Below, piece after piece: positions 18,089-28,165 of a stretch of DNA of 64,000 bases (its first letter is position 1; each line of letters opens with the position of its first letter). The translations under genes and the position numbers were made by a program. The stretch covers positions 32,001 to 96,000 of the IMG/VR virus record IMGVR_UViG_3300035498_000877. One strand, 5' to 3'. The notes beneath the pieces are model-generated. The model was not told the DNA's origin. It ran no database searches and saw only the letters and a list, made by a program, of their open reading frames with translations. The stretch comes from a virus (lineage: Duplodnaviria; Caudoviricetes).

Positions 18089-21000
18089 ATGGCTAAATCA
18101 AAAGGATTAGTTAAAGATGTATTTATGACTGATCTTCCAGAAGATATTCAATATATAATTACTGATGTCAATAAGATGATATCAAATATAATTGATAATA
18201 CATTGAATAATAAAAAAGCATATGATGATTTGAAGAGTTCTAGTTGGGCTATGAGTTGCTTAAAAGATTTCAAAACAGCTCCTTCTGCTAAAGGAGATGT
18301 TGGATCTGCTAGAATATATAAAAGAGGAAATAAATATGATACTATGATACAGGTTACTGGTCATTTCAGAAACCATCAGTATGGATGGATTGAAGAATTA
18401 CTTCATGATTTTGTACGAGATGTTCATCAGTCTGTAAAGACAGAAGTACGTAAACGTCATAAGCTGACAATTAAAGATGAAGGTACTGGTGGAGATAGTA
18501 ATGAAGGATTTGATTTGTATCTAAGTAATAAACAGTCAAAAGAGTTATGGGATAAATTTGAAGATAGAAAAGCTAAATTTATTTCTGAATCATTTGATCT
18601 TATTGATAGTGATGATGAGGATGATGACATTACTAATTTTAATGAGAAGTCACATGGTAAACTAAAGTTTGATTATCGTAAAGGATATGATGTAGATACT
18701 GGTCATAAGATAATGATTGTGTATTCACTTGATAATATCAATATTACATTTCCTGGTCATGCACATGGGTTAGACTATAGTGATGTTAAAGATAAACTAG
18801 ATGATCCTGAAATTCAGAAGTTAAATAGAGAAGCTGAACAGAATATTGCTAAGAAAGGAAATCTTGATCATCAATCATATGGTCAGAAGATATTGGCTAT
18901 CAAAGATTTAGTTACTAATAAAACTCTTAAGAGTTGTAGATATGTAGGATTATTTGATCCTGATCACAAACATCCTGAAGCAATGAAGTTAACTGATGAG
19001 CAGATTAAATATGCTCAATCACATTTCCATATCTTTTCTATTAAAGTGGGAGATGTTGAGACAGAAGATCAGAAGAATTTCAAATCTTCTAAAGCATATA
19101 AGATGAATATTGTTGGTAATGATAATCTGAATGAACCTAAGATTACAATTGGTGAGAAACATCTTAAATCAGGTAGAGGTGCTAAGTTGGATGATATTGA
19201 CCCAACCAAGAAACCAATAACATACAATCATCCATCTGCAAAGGATCTTAAAAAGAATCCTGATCACTACACAAAAGAAGATGTAGATCTTATATTAGAT
19301 GCAATTAATTCTCAAGCTTTCAATAATGAAGAATTTGATGAAAAATCACATGGAAAGTTGAAATATTCATTCAGAATGTCAGTGAATTACAAAAATGGTC
19401 ATTTTATAAAAATTGTATTTGATTTGAAACCAGAAGATATATCACAAGTAGGTACTTTTGATGATCAAGACTATAAAAATTTTAATTCATTTTTAAAAGA
19501 TAAAGAAATAATTAAAAATATAAATAAAAATGGATCAACTAATTTTTCTGGTACTGGAACTGTAATGGGAATTGTTGATATGGATACACATGAGAATTTA
19601 AAAACTGTATCGACTATAGGAATACTTGGCGGATCTCAAACCACATTTGAAAAATATCTACCAAAATCAAAATATTATGACAGAAGCAAAAATAATTTTG
19701 GTGAATATTTAAGAGCTGATAGAGAGAAAATTGCTGCTGAGCTTAATTTAAATCCACCAGATGCAATCACATATACAGTTGGTGAGAAATGTAAAGTTCC
19801 TGTTTATAGATCAACATTGGCATCAAATACTATAAATGCTGTATTCAATAATGAACATTCTCCATATGGCAAAGGAGTTAAAGGTGGCTCTTATCCTAAA
19901 TCTAGCGTTATAAAAAGCAATAATTGGCATGGAAGAAATAGCGATATATCTGTTAATACTGCTATTAAACAATTAGAGAAAGAATTTGATAACGTTAAAG
20001 CAATTGCTACTAAATATCCTGATTTACAAGGAGATGTGGATAAAGTTGAAAAAGATTTTGATTATGTAAAAAAGGAAATATCTAAAAATGTTGATGAAAA
20101 ATATGGACAATCAATATCAAATCCAACATATAAATATTATCATTACTATTTAAAGAACGACATAGATAATTTAAAATTATCTATAAATCATAAAAAAGGA
20201 ATATGGGAATCAATAGATATAAATTTATATGAAAAAGATAATATTGATTTTGAAGAATCTGCTGATAATTCACCAGCTGTTCATAATCAGGGTAAGAGAA
20301 TGTTAGCTGCTCTATCCAAGGAATATATTGGAGAGAATGCTAAAAAGATTAACCAGTATGGTGCTAATACATTTGCTAATATCATTACCAAGAATCTATT
20401 ACCATCATGGGGTGGAGCTTTTAGAAAGTTATCTATACAAATAGATACTAAATCAAATGGTATTGTTGAGTTTAAGATTCCTACAATGTCAATTGATTTC
20501 ATCTCTAGATATATTAATGGTAGAGAACCACTGGAAGCATTTCTTCACAGAGTACCCGAAATTAAAATACGTATGTCAGCTGATGTATTCAATACAATGA
20601 AAGACCCTAATGATGCTTATAACTTTTTCTTAGCAGCTGTTAAGTATTATGATATTAAAGTAAATAAATATGCTAATAAATTAATGGCTGAAGCAATGAG
20701 AATGGATACAGCTATGAAGCATCTTATATCAACTACTAAACTCAGTGGATTAGTATCATATTCATTACAGTTATTATTTATATTTGATAAAGTGGATATG
20801 AGTAATAATAAGACATTTGAAATAGATAAATCTGATATTGATACTGTAAATAAGTTCTTTAGGAATATCTATACATCTTATGCTGACCCTGAGAAAGAAA
20901 AGAATAAGGTACTTAAAGATCTCAAAGATATGGTTAGTTCATTGACTGAATCATGTGAATGGGATGATAATATTAAAACCATATCATATCTTCCAGAAGA

Positions 21001-21436
21001 AGTTGGTAAATTGTTTGATGGAAAGTATAATGAAATGATAAAACATTATACTGATTTATGGTACAATGAACAAATCGACTGGCAAGATATGAGAACTACT
21101 GAAGGACAGTTAAAATACATTAGAGAAAAATTTGGTGTTAAGAAATTGAAAAAGATTCCTAAGGATATAGTTGCATATATTCAAATTGAAACTGAAGCAA
21201 TTGAAACATCAAATGATAAAATGATGATTGCTTCTTATTGTTTATCTAAATTGGAGATTGTTGAATGGTATATCGAATTGATAGATACAGATAATAAGAA
21301 GTATATAGTTCCACATACACGTGCATATCTTGTTGATGTTAGAACTCAATTACTGAAATGCTACAAAGAAATTATGGATACTAAGATTGATAAGAATGCT
21401 GGTAAAATAAAAGTAAGTGATGAGTATTATATTTAA
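18089..21436 (+). CDS. Large virion/internal head protein with duplicated internal module
   Basis: 1115 aa; two modules beginning F(N/D)E|KSHGKLK; located in the head cluster. Confidence 0.65.
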   Translation: MAKSKGLVKDVFMTDLPEDIQYIITDVNKMISNIIDNTLNNKKAYDDLKSSSWAMSCLKDFKTAPSAKGDVGSARIYKRGNKYDTMIQVTGHFRNHQYGWIEELLHDFVRDVHQSVKTEVRKRHKLTIKDEGTGGDSNEGFDLYLSNKQSKELWDKFEDRKAKFISESFDLIDSDDEDDDITNFNEKSHGKLKFDYRKGYDVDTGHKIMIVYSLDNINITFPGHAHGLDYSDVKDKLDDPEIQKLNREAEQNIAKKGNLDHQSYGQKILAIKDLVTNKTLKSCRYVGLFDPDHKHPEAMKLTDEQIKYAQSHFHIFSIKVGDVETEDQKNFKSSKAYKMNIVGNDNLNEPKITIGEKHLKSGRGAKLDDIDPTKKPITYNHPSAKDLKKNPDHYTKEDVDLILDAINSQAFNNEEFDEKSHGKLKYSFRMSVNYKNGHFIKIVFDLKPEDISQVGTFDDQDYKNFNSFLKDKEIIKNINKNGSTNFSGTGTVMGIVDMDTHENLKTVSTIGILGGSQTTFEKYLPKSKYYDRSKNNFGEYLRADREKIAAELNLNPPDAITYTVGEKCKVPVYRSTLASNTINAVFNNEHSPYGKGVKGGSYPKSSVIKSNNWHGRNSDISVNTAIKQLEKEFDNVKAIATKYPDLQGDVDKVEKDFDYVKKEISKNVDEKYGQSISNPTYKYYHYYLKNDIDNLKLSINHKKGIWESIDINLYEKDNIDFEESADNSPAVHNQGKRMLAALSKEYIGENAKKINQYGANTFANIITKNLLPSWGGAFRKLSIQIDTKSNGIVEFKIPTMSIDFISRYINGREPLEAFLHRVPEIKIRMSADVFNTMKDPNDAYNFFLAAVKYYDIKVNKYANKLMAEAMRMDTAMKHLISTTKLSGLVSYSLQLLFIFDKVDMSNNKTFEIDKSDIDTVNKFFRNIYTSYADPEKEKNKVLKDLKDMVSSLTESCEWDDNIKTISYLPEEVGKLFDGKYNEMIKHYTDLWYNEQIDWQDMRTTEGQLKYIREKFGVKKLKKIPKDIVAYIQIETEAIETSNDKMMIASYCLSKLEIVEWYIELIDTDNKKYIVPHTRAYLVDVRTQLLKCYKEIMDTKIDKNAGKIKVSDEYYI

Positions 21437-21498
21437 TATTAGAAAGGGAGATAAAATATCTCCCTTTCTTATATAATGAAACTAAAGGAGGTATTACA

Positions 21499-23217
21499 AT
21501 GGAAATATCTTTTGAAGACATTAATTATTTGGAAAATTTCCAATATACTAGGGACTACTTCGAAATGCAACAAGCAATAGCACAATATAATCTATATAGT
21601 ATGTATTTAGAATCACTTCAGTTTGGTACCAATAATTCTGATAATGAAGCTATTACTGGATCAACTTATTTTGTAGAAGATATTAGTAATTTAATAGATA
21701 AAGCAAAAGCTGTAGGTAAAAGGATATCTGATGCATTTTTCAAAGTAGTAGATTGGTTTAAAAGTATATGTAGTCGATTTGTAAATTGGATAAAGAATGT
21801 AGTTGGTAAAAATAAAACTAACACAAAGGAAGAAACTGTAACACAAGCTAAAAATATTATTAATAAGATGGATAAAAATACATCTATAAAATGGAATACT
21901 ACTAATAATGATGATGGTGTTGATATGGACAAAGTTGAAAAGTATATTGATAAAATATTAAATTCAATGTATGATAAAGCAATAAAATATAATCCAAAGG
22001 GATCTAAAGCCAGTGATATTCTCATTAATGCATGTGAATTGATTAATAATAACATTATGCCACAGAGTAAAATGATATTATCAAGTATTTATTATAGGCT
22101 AGAAGAAAAAACTTTGGCTGGTGATTTGTATAAAATTTCTGATAACAAGGAAGCATTTTATGATGCAGATATTCTATCTAAAATACAATCTCAATTTCAA
22201 TTTAAAGTTTCTGATGGGATTAAGTCTAATTATAATACATTCGGGAAAACCATAGATATTGATAAATCTATTAAAGAATATTTAGCTAATATAAAATCTG
22301 ATTTATTTAAATGGATTAATGAAATTAGAGCATTTTATAAAGATGAAATACAGAAATTGGAAGCTGGCTTTAATAATGATTCAACTAATACTCAATCATC
22401 TGATAATAACAATTCGACAAAGAACAAGAAATCAGTAGCCATGCAATTATATGATATTCATATGGAAGCTAATGAAGATTTGAATATTCCATTTAAAGTT
22501 AATAATCTCAGTAAAAAGCATTTTTATAAATACCCTTTCAATTTTACTGAAGCCGAACTTGGGAAAATTACTGAGGAATTTTATAATGATATGCAATTTA
22601 TAGCAAATGAGATATATGATAGCGATGGTAAACTTAATGAAAATGAAATAATTGGATCTAACTCACTAATTGCTGTATTACATGGAAATATGTATTTAGA
22701 AAAATCAGCAATACCATCTGAATATATTGATTATATATCAACACTTGGATTAGATTTAGGAATTAAATATGCAACTAGATTATTAGATTCTTATTTAACC
22801 ATAGTAACATTAAGAGATATGCAATATGTAGAATCATTACGCCAACAGATATCTTCAATATATGCATACCACAACATTAATGAAGGTGATGATGGTATAC
22901 CATTATCAATTAATTATGTGGAATCCACAAAAGATTTTGATAAAATCAAAAATGATATGTTCGCAAATATACCTGAATTGCGAAATCAATGGGATTCTTT
23001 TAAAGATACTAGAGATAGTGTTTGGATAGAATTGAATAAAAATCCACCATCACGAAATGGCTCAAGTATTAATATTGATTCAGAGCAATCATTAATTAAT
23101 TATATTACCAAAGTTGGTGAATGTACATCTATATTGGCAAAATTAGTTAATAAATATAAAATTTACTGCCATAAATATATGAAACTAGTTAATATTTACA
23201 TACAAAATAATTATTAG
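21499..23217 (+). CDS. Putative internal head protein
   Basis: Propeptide-like N-terminus (MYLESLQF..YFVE|) followed by amphipathic helix AFFKVVDWFKSICSRFVNWIK; similar to 46666-47850. Confidence 0.6.
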   Translation: MEISFEDINYLENFQYTRDYFEMQQAIAQYNLYSMYLESLQFGTNNSDNEAITGSTYFVEDISNLIDKAKAVGKRISDAFFKVVDWFKSICSRFVNWIKNVVGKNKTNTKEETVTQAKNIINKMDKNTSIKWNTTNNDDGVDMDKVEKYIDKILNSMYDKAIKYNPKGSKASDILINACELINNNIMPQSKMILSSIYYRLEEKTLAGDLYKISDNKEAFYDADILSKIQSQFQFKVSDGIKSNYNTFGKTIDIDKSIKEYLANIKSDLFKWINEIRAFYKDEIQKLEAGFNNDSTNTQSSDNNNSTKNKKSVAMQLYDIHMEANEDLNIPFKVNNLSKKHFYKYPFNFTEAELGKITEEFYNDMQFIANEIYDSDGKLNENEIIGSNSLIAVLHGNMYLEKSAIPSEYIDYISTLGLDLGIKYATRLLDSYLTIVTLRDMQYVESLRQQISSIYAYHNINEGDDGIPLSINYVESTKDFDKIKNDMFANIPELRNQWDSFKDTRDSVWIELNKNPPSRNGSSINIDSEQSLINYITKVGECTSILAKLVNKYKIYCHKYMKLVNIYIQNNY

Positions 23218-23248
23218 AATAGAAGAGGGATTAAATCCCTCTTCTATT
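23218..23248. terminator. Bidirectional terminator
   Basis: AATAGAAGAGGGATT-A-AATCCCTCTTCTATT between convergent genes. Confidence 0.85.
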
Positions 23249-24346
23249 TTATAATCTTTCATTCAGGAAATCTATAATATTGCTAATAAGCAAATCGACT
23301 ACTGATTCTTTGATTCTACATCCAGCAGCTTTTGGATGTCCGCCTCCACCAATAGGAGCAGCTATCTCAGTACCTATATTGAAATCATCTTTTACAGATC
23401 TCATCTCAATTGTTTGTGAATCATTGTAGAAAGATACTTGGAATATGATATCATACTCAGGATGATTTGCCAAGAAGCTATTTCCTATTTCAGATATATT
23501 AGCTCCAATGATTGGGAAGATTAATAAACACTTCTTTCCTTTTACATCAAATTTATACATATCTTCTGGAACTAGCTGTGATATAATATTCTTTTCTTTT
23601 TCGATTTTTCTGTTGATAATAAACTTAACATCATTACTGCATTCAAGATAGTAGTCTGGTTCAGATGTATCATGACTTTTCAATGTTGATTTTTCATAAT
23701 TATCACAGAATAAATCCATCTCTAATAATATGAATAATTGAAATAATTTCTTTGCGGCAATATTGTTAGTCTGTTTCCACTCATATGTATCATATGATCT
23801 AATCAGATCTACTATATAAGCAAGCCAATCATTTTTCTCGAATATTCTTTGTCTTCTTTCTGATGGATAGAAGTGATCCATTTCATCTATCTTTTTACCT
23901 GATTTTAATGCTAATTCACCTATTGAAAGTAACTCACAGAAATGCTGATATAATAATGATGTACCAGATTGCATAATTCCCAATTCGTTTTCTGGCACAA
24001 TGTGAGCATTCTCTATAATATGCTCAGCAAAGAAATTAGACCTATGATGATCATAGATAATAATCGAATTTGCCAAGAATGGAAATTCATTTATAATCTT
24101 TAATAATGTTTCCCTATTTGGAGATATATCAGCAAAATAAATATTTGTTTTTGCACTTATTTTCTCTGATGCAAGTGATTCTACAATTGTATTATATGCC
24201 ACTTCATCAATATTGCCATTGCTGCAATTTAATACATCATAGTCAAGACCTTTAAGATACTTAAGTGAGTCATACCACAAATCAAATACAATTCTGCATC
24301 CTGCTCCATCCAAATCGTCATGTGTAAATAAAATAGCTTTTAACAT
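23249..24346 (-). CDS. DHH/DHHA1 phosphoesterase (NrnB-like oligoribonuclease)
   Basis: THDDLDG, FADIS, YDHH, SGTSL, SYDTYEW, GGGGHPKAAG. Confidence 0.9.
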   Translation of the reverse strand: MLKAILFTHDDLDGAGCRIVFDLWYDSLKYLKGLDYDVLNCSNGNIDEVAYNTIVESLASEKISAKTNIYFADISPNRETLLKIINEFPFLANSIIIYDHHRSNFFAEHIIENAHIVPENELGIMQSGTSLLYQHFCELLSIGELALKSGKKIDEMDHFYPSERRQRIFEKNDWLAYIVDLIRSYDTYEWKQTNNIAAKKLFQLFILLEMDLFCDNYEKSTLKSHDTSEPDYYLECSNDVKFIINRKIEKEKNIISQLVPEDMYKFDVKGKKCLLIFPIIGANISEIGNSFLANHPEYDIIFQVSFYNDSQTIEMRSVKDDFNIGTEIAAPIGGGGHPKAAGCRIKESVVDLLISNIIDFLNERL

Positions 24347-24433
24347 TTTTTATTATCCTCCTTTAAATTATGAAATACTTGTTTGTTTTTACTTTCTATA
24401 TAAATAATATATAAATGAAAGGAGGAATTATAG

Positions 24434-25240
24434 TTGTCCGACATAAAAAAGATAAATGGTAAGTATTATGACTTCGGATGTTCTAATGAAAGTTTCTTAT
24501 TGACAGCAAAAGAATTAAAACAATTAGGTGTTAAGAATTATTATTTCATGCTAAGAATAGATAATCCTAGAGTTGCTGATATAGATCCTTTTAAGAAAGA
24601 TATAACTAGACAAGAAATAGAAGCACTACTCCAAGAGTTCAAAGGAAATATGTGGTCATTTATGAGAATGGCAGTTAGAATGAGAACTGATAAAGGAATA
24701 GTTCCATATGGACTTCATAGAGGATTAGCAGCTGCATGTTGGTGTTTTGAAAGATCACAAGATAACTGTTTATGTGAGCCACGACAAACATGGAAAACAA
24801 CTGGTATTATAGCGGGTCCTATTCAATGGGCTTTCCAATTATCTACTAACTTGAAAGGTCATTTCTTTGGAAAGGAAACTGATAATACAAAACGAAACTT
24901 AGCTACATTAAAAGATGATATTGATCTACTTCCAGAATGGTTAAATTTTAAACGCTTTATGGATGATGATGGCAAGATGAAAAAAGCCAGACAAGCAACT
25001 GAAGCATTACAAAATAATTTATTCCATAATAGTATAGAGATACATCCTAAACCAACATCACTATCTCATGCTCAAGGTATGGGACGTGGTGGTTCTGGTG
25101 CAATATTGTATTTTGATGAAATTGAACATACACCATTCGTTGGAGAAATTATTTCCAACTCGGCTCCATTATATAAAACAGCATCCGAGAATGCTGCAGC
25201 TGCAGGTAAGGCTCACTGCCGTCTGTTCAGTTGCACACCT
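24434..25240 (+). CDS. terL: Terminase large subunit, exon 1
   Basis: Walker A EPRQTWKT and Walker B LYFDE; exon ends ..FSCTP at a U. Spliced product is 715 aa. Confidence 0.9.
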
Positions 25241-26806
25241 AAAGTGAAATTTGAATTATTTTATAAATTACTTGTGTAAAAAGTCAACCGTGAGGTCACC
25301 ATTGAAATAAAATATGATAATATGAAAGGTGATTCTTATGGAAAATAAAACTTCATTCAAAAAGATTACATACCCTGGAGTACCAGAAAACAAATATCTT
25401 ATATCTGAGAAAGGTGATGTATTTAGTACATTTTTAAATAGATGCTTAAAACCTGATACTGATAAAGATGGATATTTCAAAGTTTACCTCGGGGGCAAAC
25501 ATTACATAGTTCATCGTCTTGTTGCATGGGAATTTTATCCAAAAACAAGGGATTTGAAACTATGTGTTGATCATATAGATGGCAATAAGCAAAATAATTA
25601 TTACAAAAATCTAGAATGGGTCACTATTAAAGAAAATACCAGAAGAGCAGAAGCAATGGGATTACGAAATGTTCGTGGAGAAGCTAATGGACATACTAAA
25701 TATAGTGAAGAATTAGTTCATGATATTTGCAAGTTATTAGAAGAAGGATATAATGAAATCGAAGTTTGGCGCAAAATAAATGATACCAATAGGCCTCTTA
25801 AAACTAGAGATGATTATTCATTATATCATTTAATTTATCGACTTAAAAAAGGAACTATATGGCCTGATGTTATTAAATTATATAAAATTGATAAAGATGC
25901 TAATCATAAATCAAAATGTAACTTTATACCAAACCAAAATAGTCGATTCACAGAAGAACAAATTCATTATATATGCAAATCAGCTTTAGAAGAAAAAACT
26001 CCATATGAAATTTTAAAATCAATGGGTATTGATAAAACTAATAAAGATTTTAAAAGATATGCTGGGGCCATACATTCAATATTGAGAGGTACAAATTGGA
26101 GAATTATTAGTGATCAATATTTTGATTTTGATAATATGAATAAGAAACATCCAACAAAATATGATATCGATAATGCTGTTATATATTCATCTATTGATAT
26201 GGGCATGGACTTCAAATCAATAATAAAAATGTATGGAATTAATAAAAAACAAGATGATCCCAATTTATATAGAGCTCTTAGACGAAGATATCATAATTAT
26301 ACTGTTATGAAAAAATTGAAGAATGAAGATGTTGTAGAAATATATGATATGGATGATGAAAATACATGGACTATCATCCAATAAAATAATTCAAAGACTG
26401 GGTGGCTATTCAGTAATGAATAGTACCAATCCAAAGTGAATTGCGGGGAGTTCCTTAGAGCTTTATGTACCAAACTATCATAGTGATATAGATAGTGGAT
26501 GAAGTAATTACTCATGTATGGTAAAAAGCATAAAGATTGGATAATCACGCAGCTAAGTATCTCAAATGAGATAAAAGTTCAACGACTATCCCTCGGGCCT
26601 AACAAGCCAACAGGAGTACGGCCACAAGTTAACGGTGGCGGGTGAGATTCCCTTAATTGGAAGCGCTTGCTCCATATTAATGATGGATGAAGATATAGTC
26701 TCGGCTGTAGAAATACACTTCATACTTGAAATAGTATGTCGTCTACCGAGAGGTAGAGAAGTTCATAAGAGAACTGCATAGTGTTGCGAACTATGTGAAG
26801 GATACG
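25241..26806 (+). mobile_element. Group I intron in terL carrying an HNH endonuclease gene
   Basis: 5' splice site after U, terminal G; core motifs GAATTGCGGGGAGTTCC, AATCACGCAGCTAAG, GTTCAACGACTA and AGATATAGTC (P7 pair). Removal joins CTP|GNLD in frame. Confidence 0.9.
25329..26384 (+). CDS. Intron-encoded HNH homing endonuclease (NUMOD4-like N-terminus)
   Basis: YLISEKGDV, VHRLVA, VDHIDGNKQNNYYKNLEWVTIKEN; two repeated C-terminal units (KYSEELVHDICK / RFTEEQIHYICK). Confidence 0.92.
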   Translation: MILMENKTSFKKITYPGVPENKYLISEKGDVFSTFLNRCLKPDTDKDGYFKVYLGGKHYIVHRLVAWEFYPKTRDLKLCVDHIDGNKQNNYYKNLEWVTIKENTRRAEAMGLRNVRGEANGHTKYSEELVHDICKLLEEGYNEIEVWRKINDTNRPLKTRDDYSLYHLIYRLKKGTIWPDVIKLYKIDKDANHKSKCNFIPNQNSRFTEEQIHYICKSALEEKTPYEILKSMGIDKTNKDFKRYAGAIHSILRGTNWRIISDQYFDFDNMNKKHPTKYDIDNAVIYSSIDMGMDFKSIIKMYGINKKQDDPNLYRALRRRYHNYTVMKKLKNEDVVEIYDMDDENTWTIIQ

Positions 26807-28147
26807 GGAAACTTGGATACCCGTGAAGGTAAAGAGTCGCTCCCAATTATTAAATCTATGATACCATGGAGTGAAAAGATTTATGATATGACAGATGAAC
26901 AAATAGCTGAATATAAATCAGCTTTCAAAGATGAATATCATAATTCTCCTGAGCAACATACTCGTGAAGTAATTGATGTATTCTATATTGAATATCAATA
27001 TTTCCAAGTAAGAAAAACATATCAGTGGGTAATGGAACAATATGCATTATCTGGTGATAAGATGGCAATCAGACGTGAGATTTTATTACAAAGACTTAGG
27101 GGTTCCGATAAATCTCCTATTGATCCAGAGGATCTTGAGTATTTAATTGCTAATATGACTAAATCAACTGATGATATTATTATCAATAATAAATGGCTAT
27201 TCAAATTATATGAACATGGACAAGGATTGACAAATGGTATCAAGAAAGCATTTGATGAGAAGATTCCATACATTGTTGGTATTGATCCATCAGCTGGTGG
27301 TGGTGGAGATAACTTTGCTATTGAAATTGTTAATCCTTATAACTTGAAAATTGCTGCTGAATTCAAATCTCCATACTTAACAGCTATTCAAGCATGTAAA
27401 TTATTAATTTCACTAGTAGAGAATTATATTCCAAGAGCAGTACTTATTCCTGAAAAAAATAGTATGGGTATATATCTAATTCAAATGATATGTGAGACTT
27501 CAATTAAAGGAAACTTATATTGGTCTGAAAAAGGACAAGAACTTGAAGAAATGGTATCTGAAAATGCTAATGACGCTGAACTTCAAAAATTATCAGTTCA
27601 ATACAAGAAATATGGAACTTATTTAACTAAGAAAATCAGAGATGCTATGTTTGAATTATTATTTACTCATGTTAGGGAGTGTAAAGATATATTGAATACC
27701 GAATATCTGGTAGAGGATATTTGTAAGTTACAGAAATCATCTACAGGTAAAATTGCTGCACTTGATGGTGAACATGATGATTCATTGATGGCATATCTTC
27801 ATGCAATTTATTTATATTATACTGGAGATAATCTTCCTAGATTTGGTATTATTAAAAATGATCATCCTATCTTTGGAAAGATTGAAGAAGATACTGATGA
27901 TAAAATCGAAAATCAATCTGGCTTGTCACAAATGTTCTCAGTAGAGCAATGTTCATTTGATGAATTTGTAATGCAGGATGCTGCTAGAGTTGAGAATGAA
28001 ATAAAAGATATGGTATCATCATTAAGCTTTGTAAATAATGATGTATATAATAAAGATAATAGCAATAATATAAATGAATATGATGATACAGCATCATTAC
28101 CAGCACATTTTTTTGATGTCATTAATGACTTAGATTACACATATTAA
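26807..28147 (+). CDS. terL: Terminase large subunit, exon 2 (nuclease domain)
   Basis: YIVGIDPS, IPEKNSMG and GEHDDSLMA RNase H-like motifs. Confidence 0.9.
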   Translation, partial: GNLDTREGKESLPIIKSMIPWSEKIYDMTDEQIAEYKSAFKDEYHNSPEQHTREVIDVFYIEYQYFQVRKTYQWVMEQYALSGDKMAIRREILLQRLRGSDKSPIDPEDLEYLIANMTKSTDDIIINNKWLFKLYEHGQGLTNGIKKAFDEKIPYIVGIDPSAGGGGDNFAIEIVNPYNLKIAAEFKSPYLTAIQACKLLISLVENYIPRAVLIPEKNSMGIYLIQMICETSIKGNLYWSEKGQELEEMVSENANDAELQKLSVQYKKYGTYLTKKIRDAMFELLFTHVRECKDILNTEYLVEDICKLQKSSTGKIAALDGEHDDSLMAYLHAIYLYYTGDNLPRFGIIKNDHPIFGKIEEDTDDKIENQSGLSQMFSVEQCSFDEFVMQDAARVENEIKDMVSSLSFVNNDVYNKDNSNNINEYDDTASLPAHFFDVINDLDYTY

Positions 28148-28165
28148 AATAGAAAGGAGATAAAT

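Noticed and set aside
24434-25279. Terminase as two separate genes or a pseudogene
   Set aside because: Group I intron removal restores a continuous 715-aa frame.
26297-26902. Short minus-strand ORFs near the terL intron
   Set aside because: Antisense to the intron core and exon 2; no RBS or recognisable motifs.
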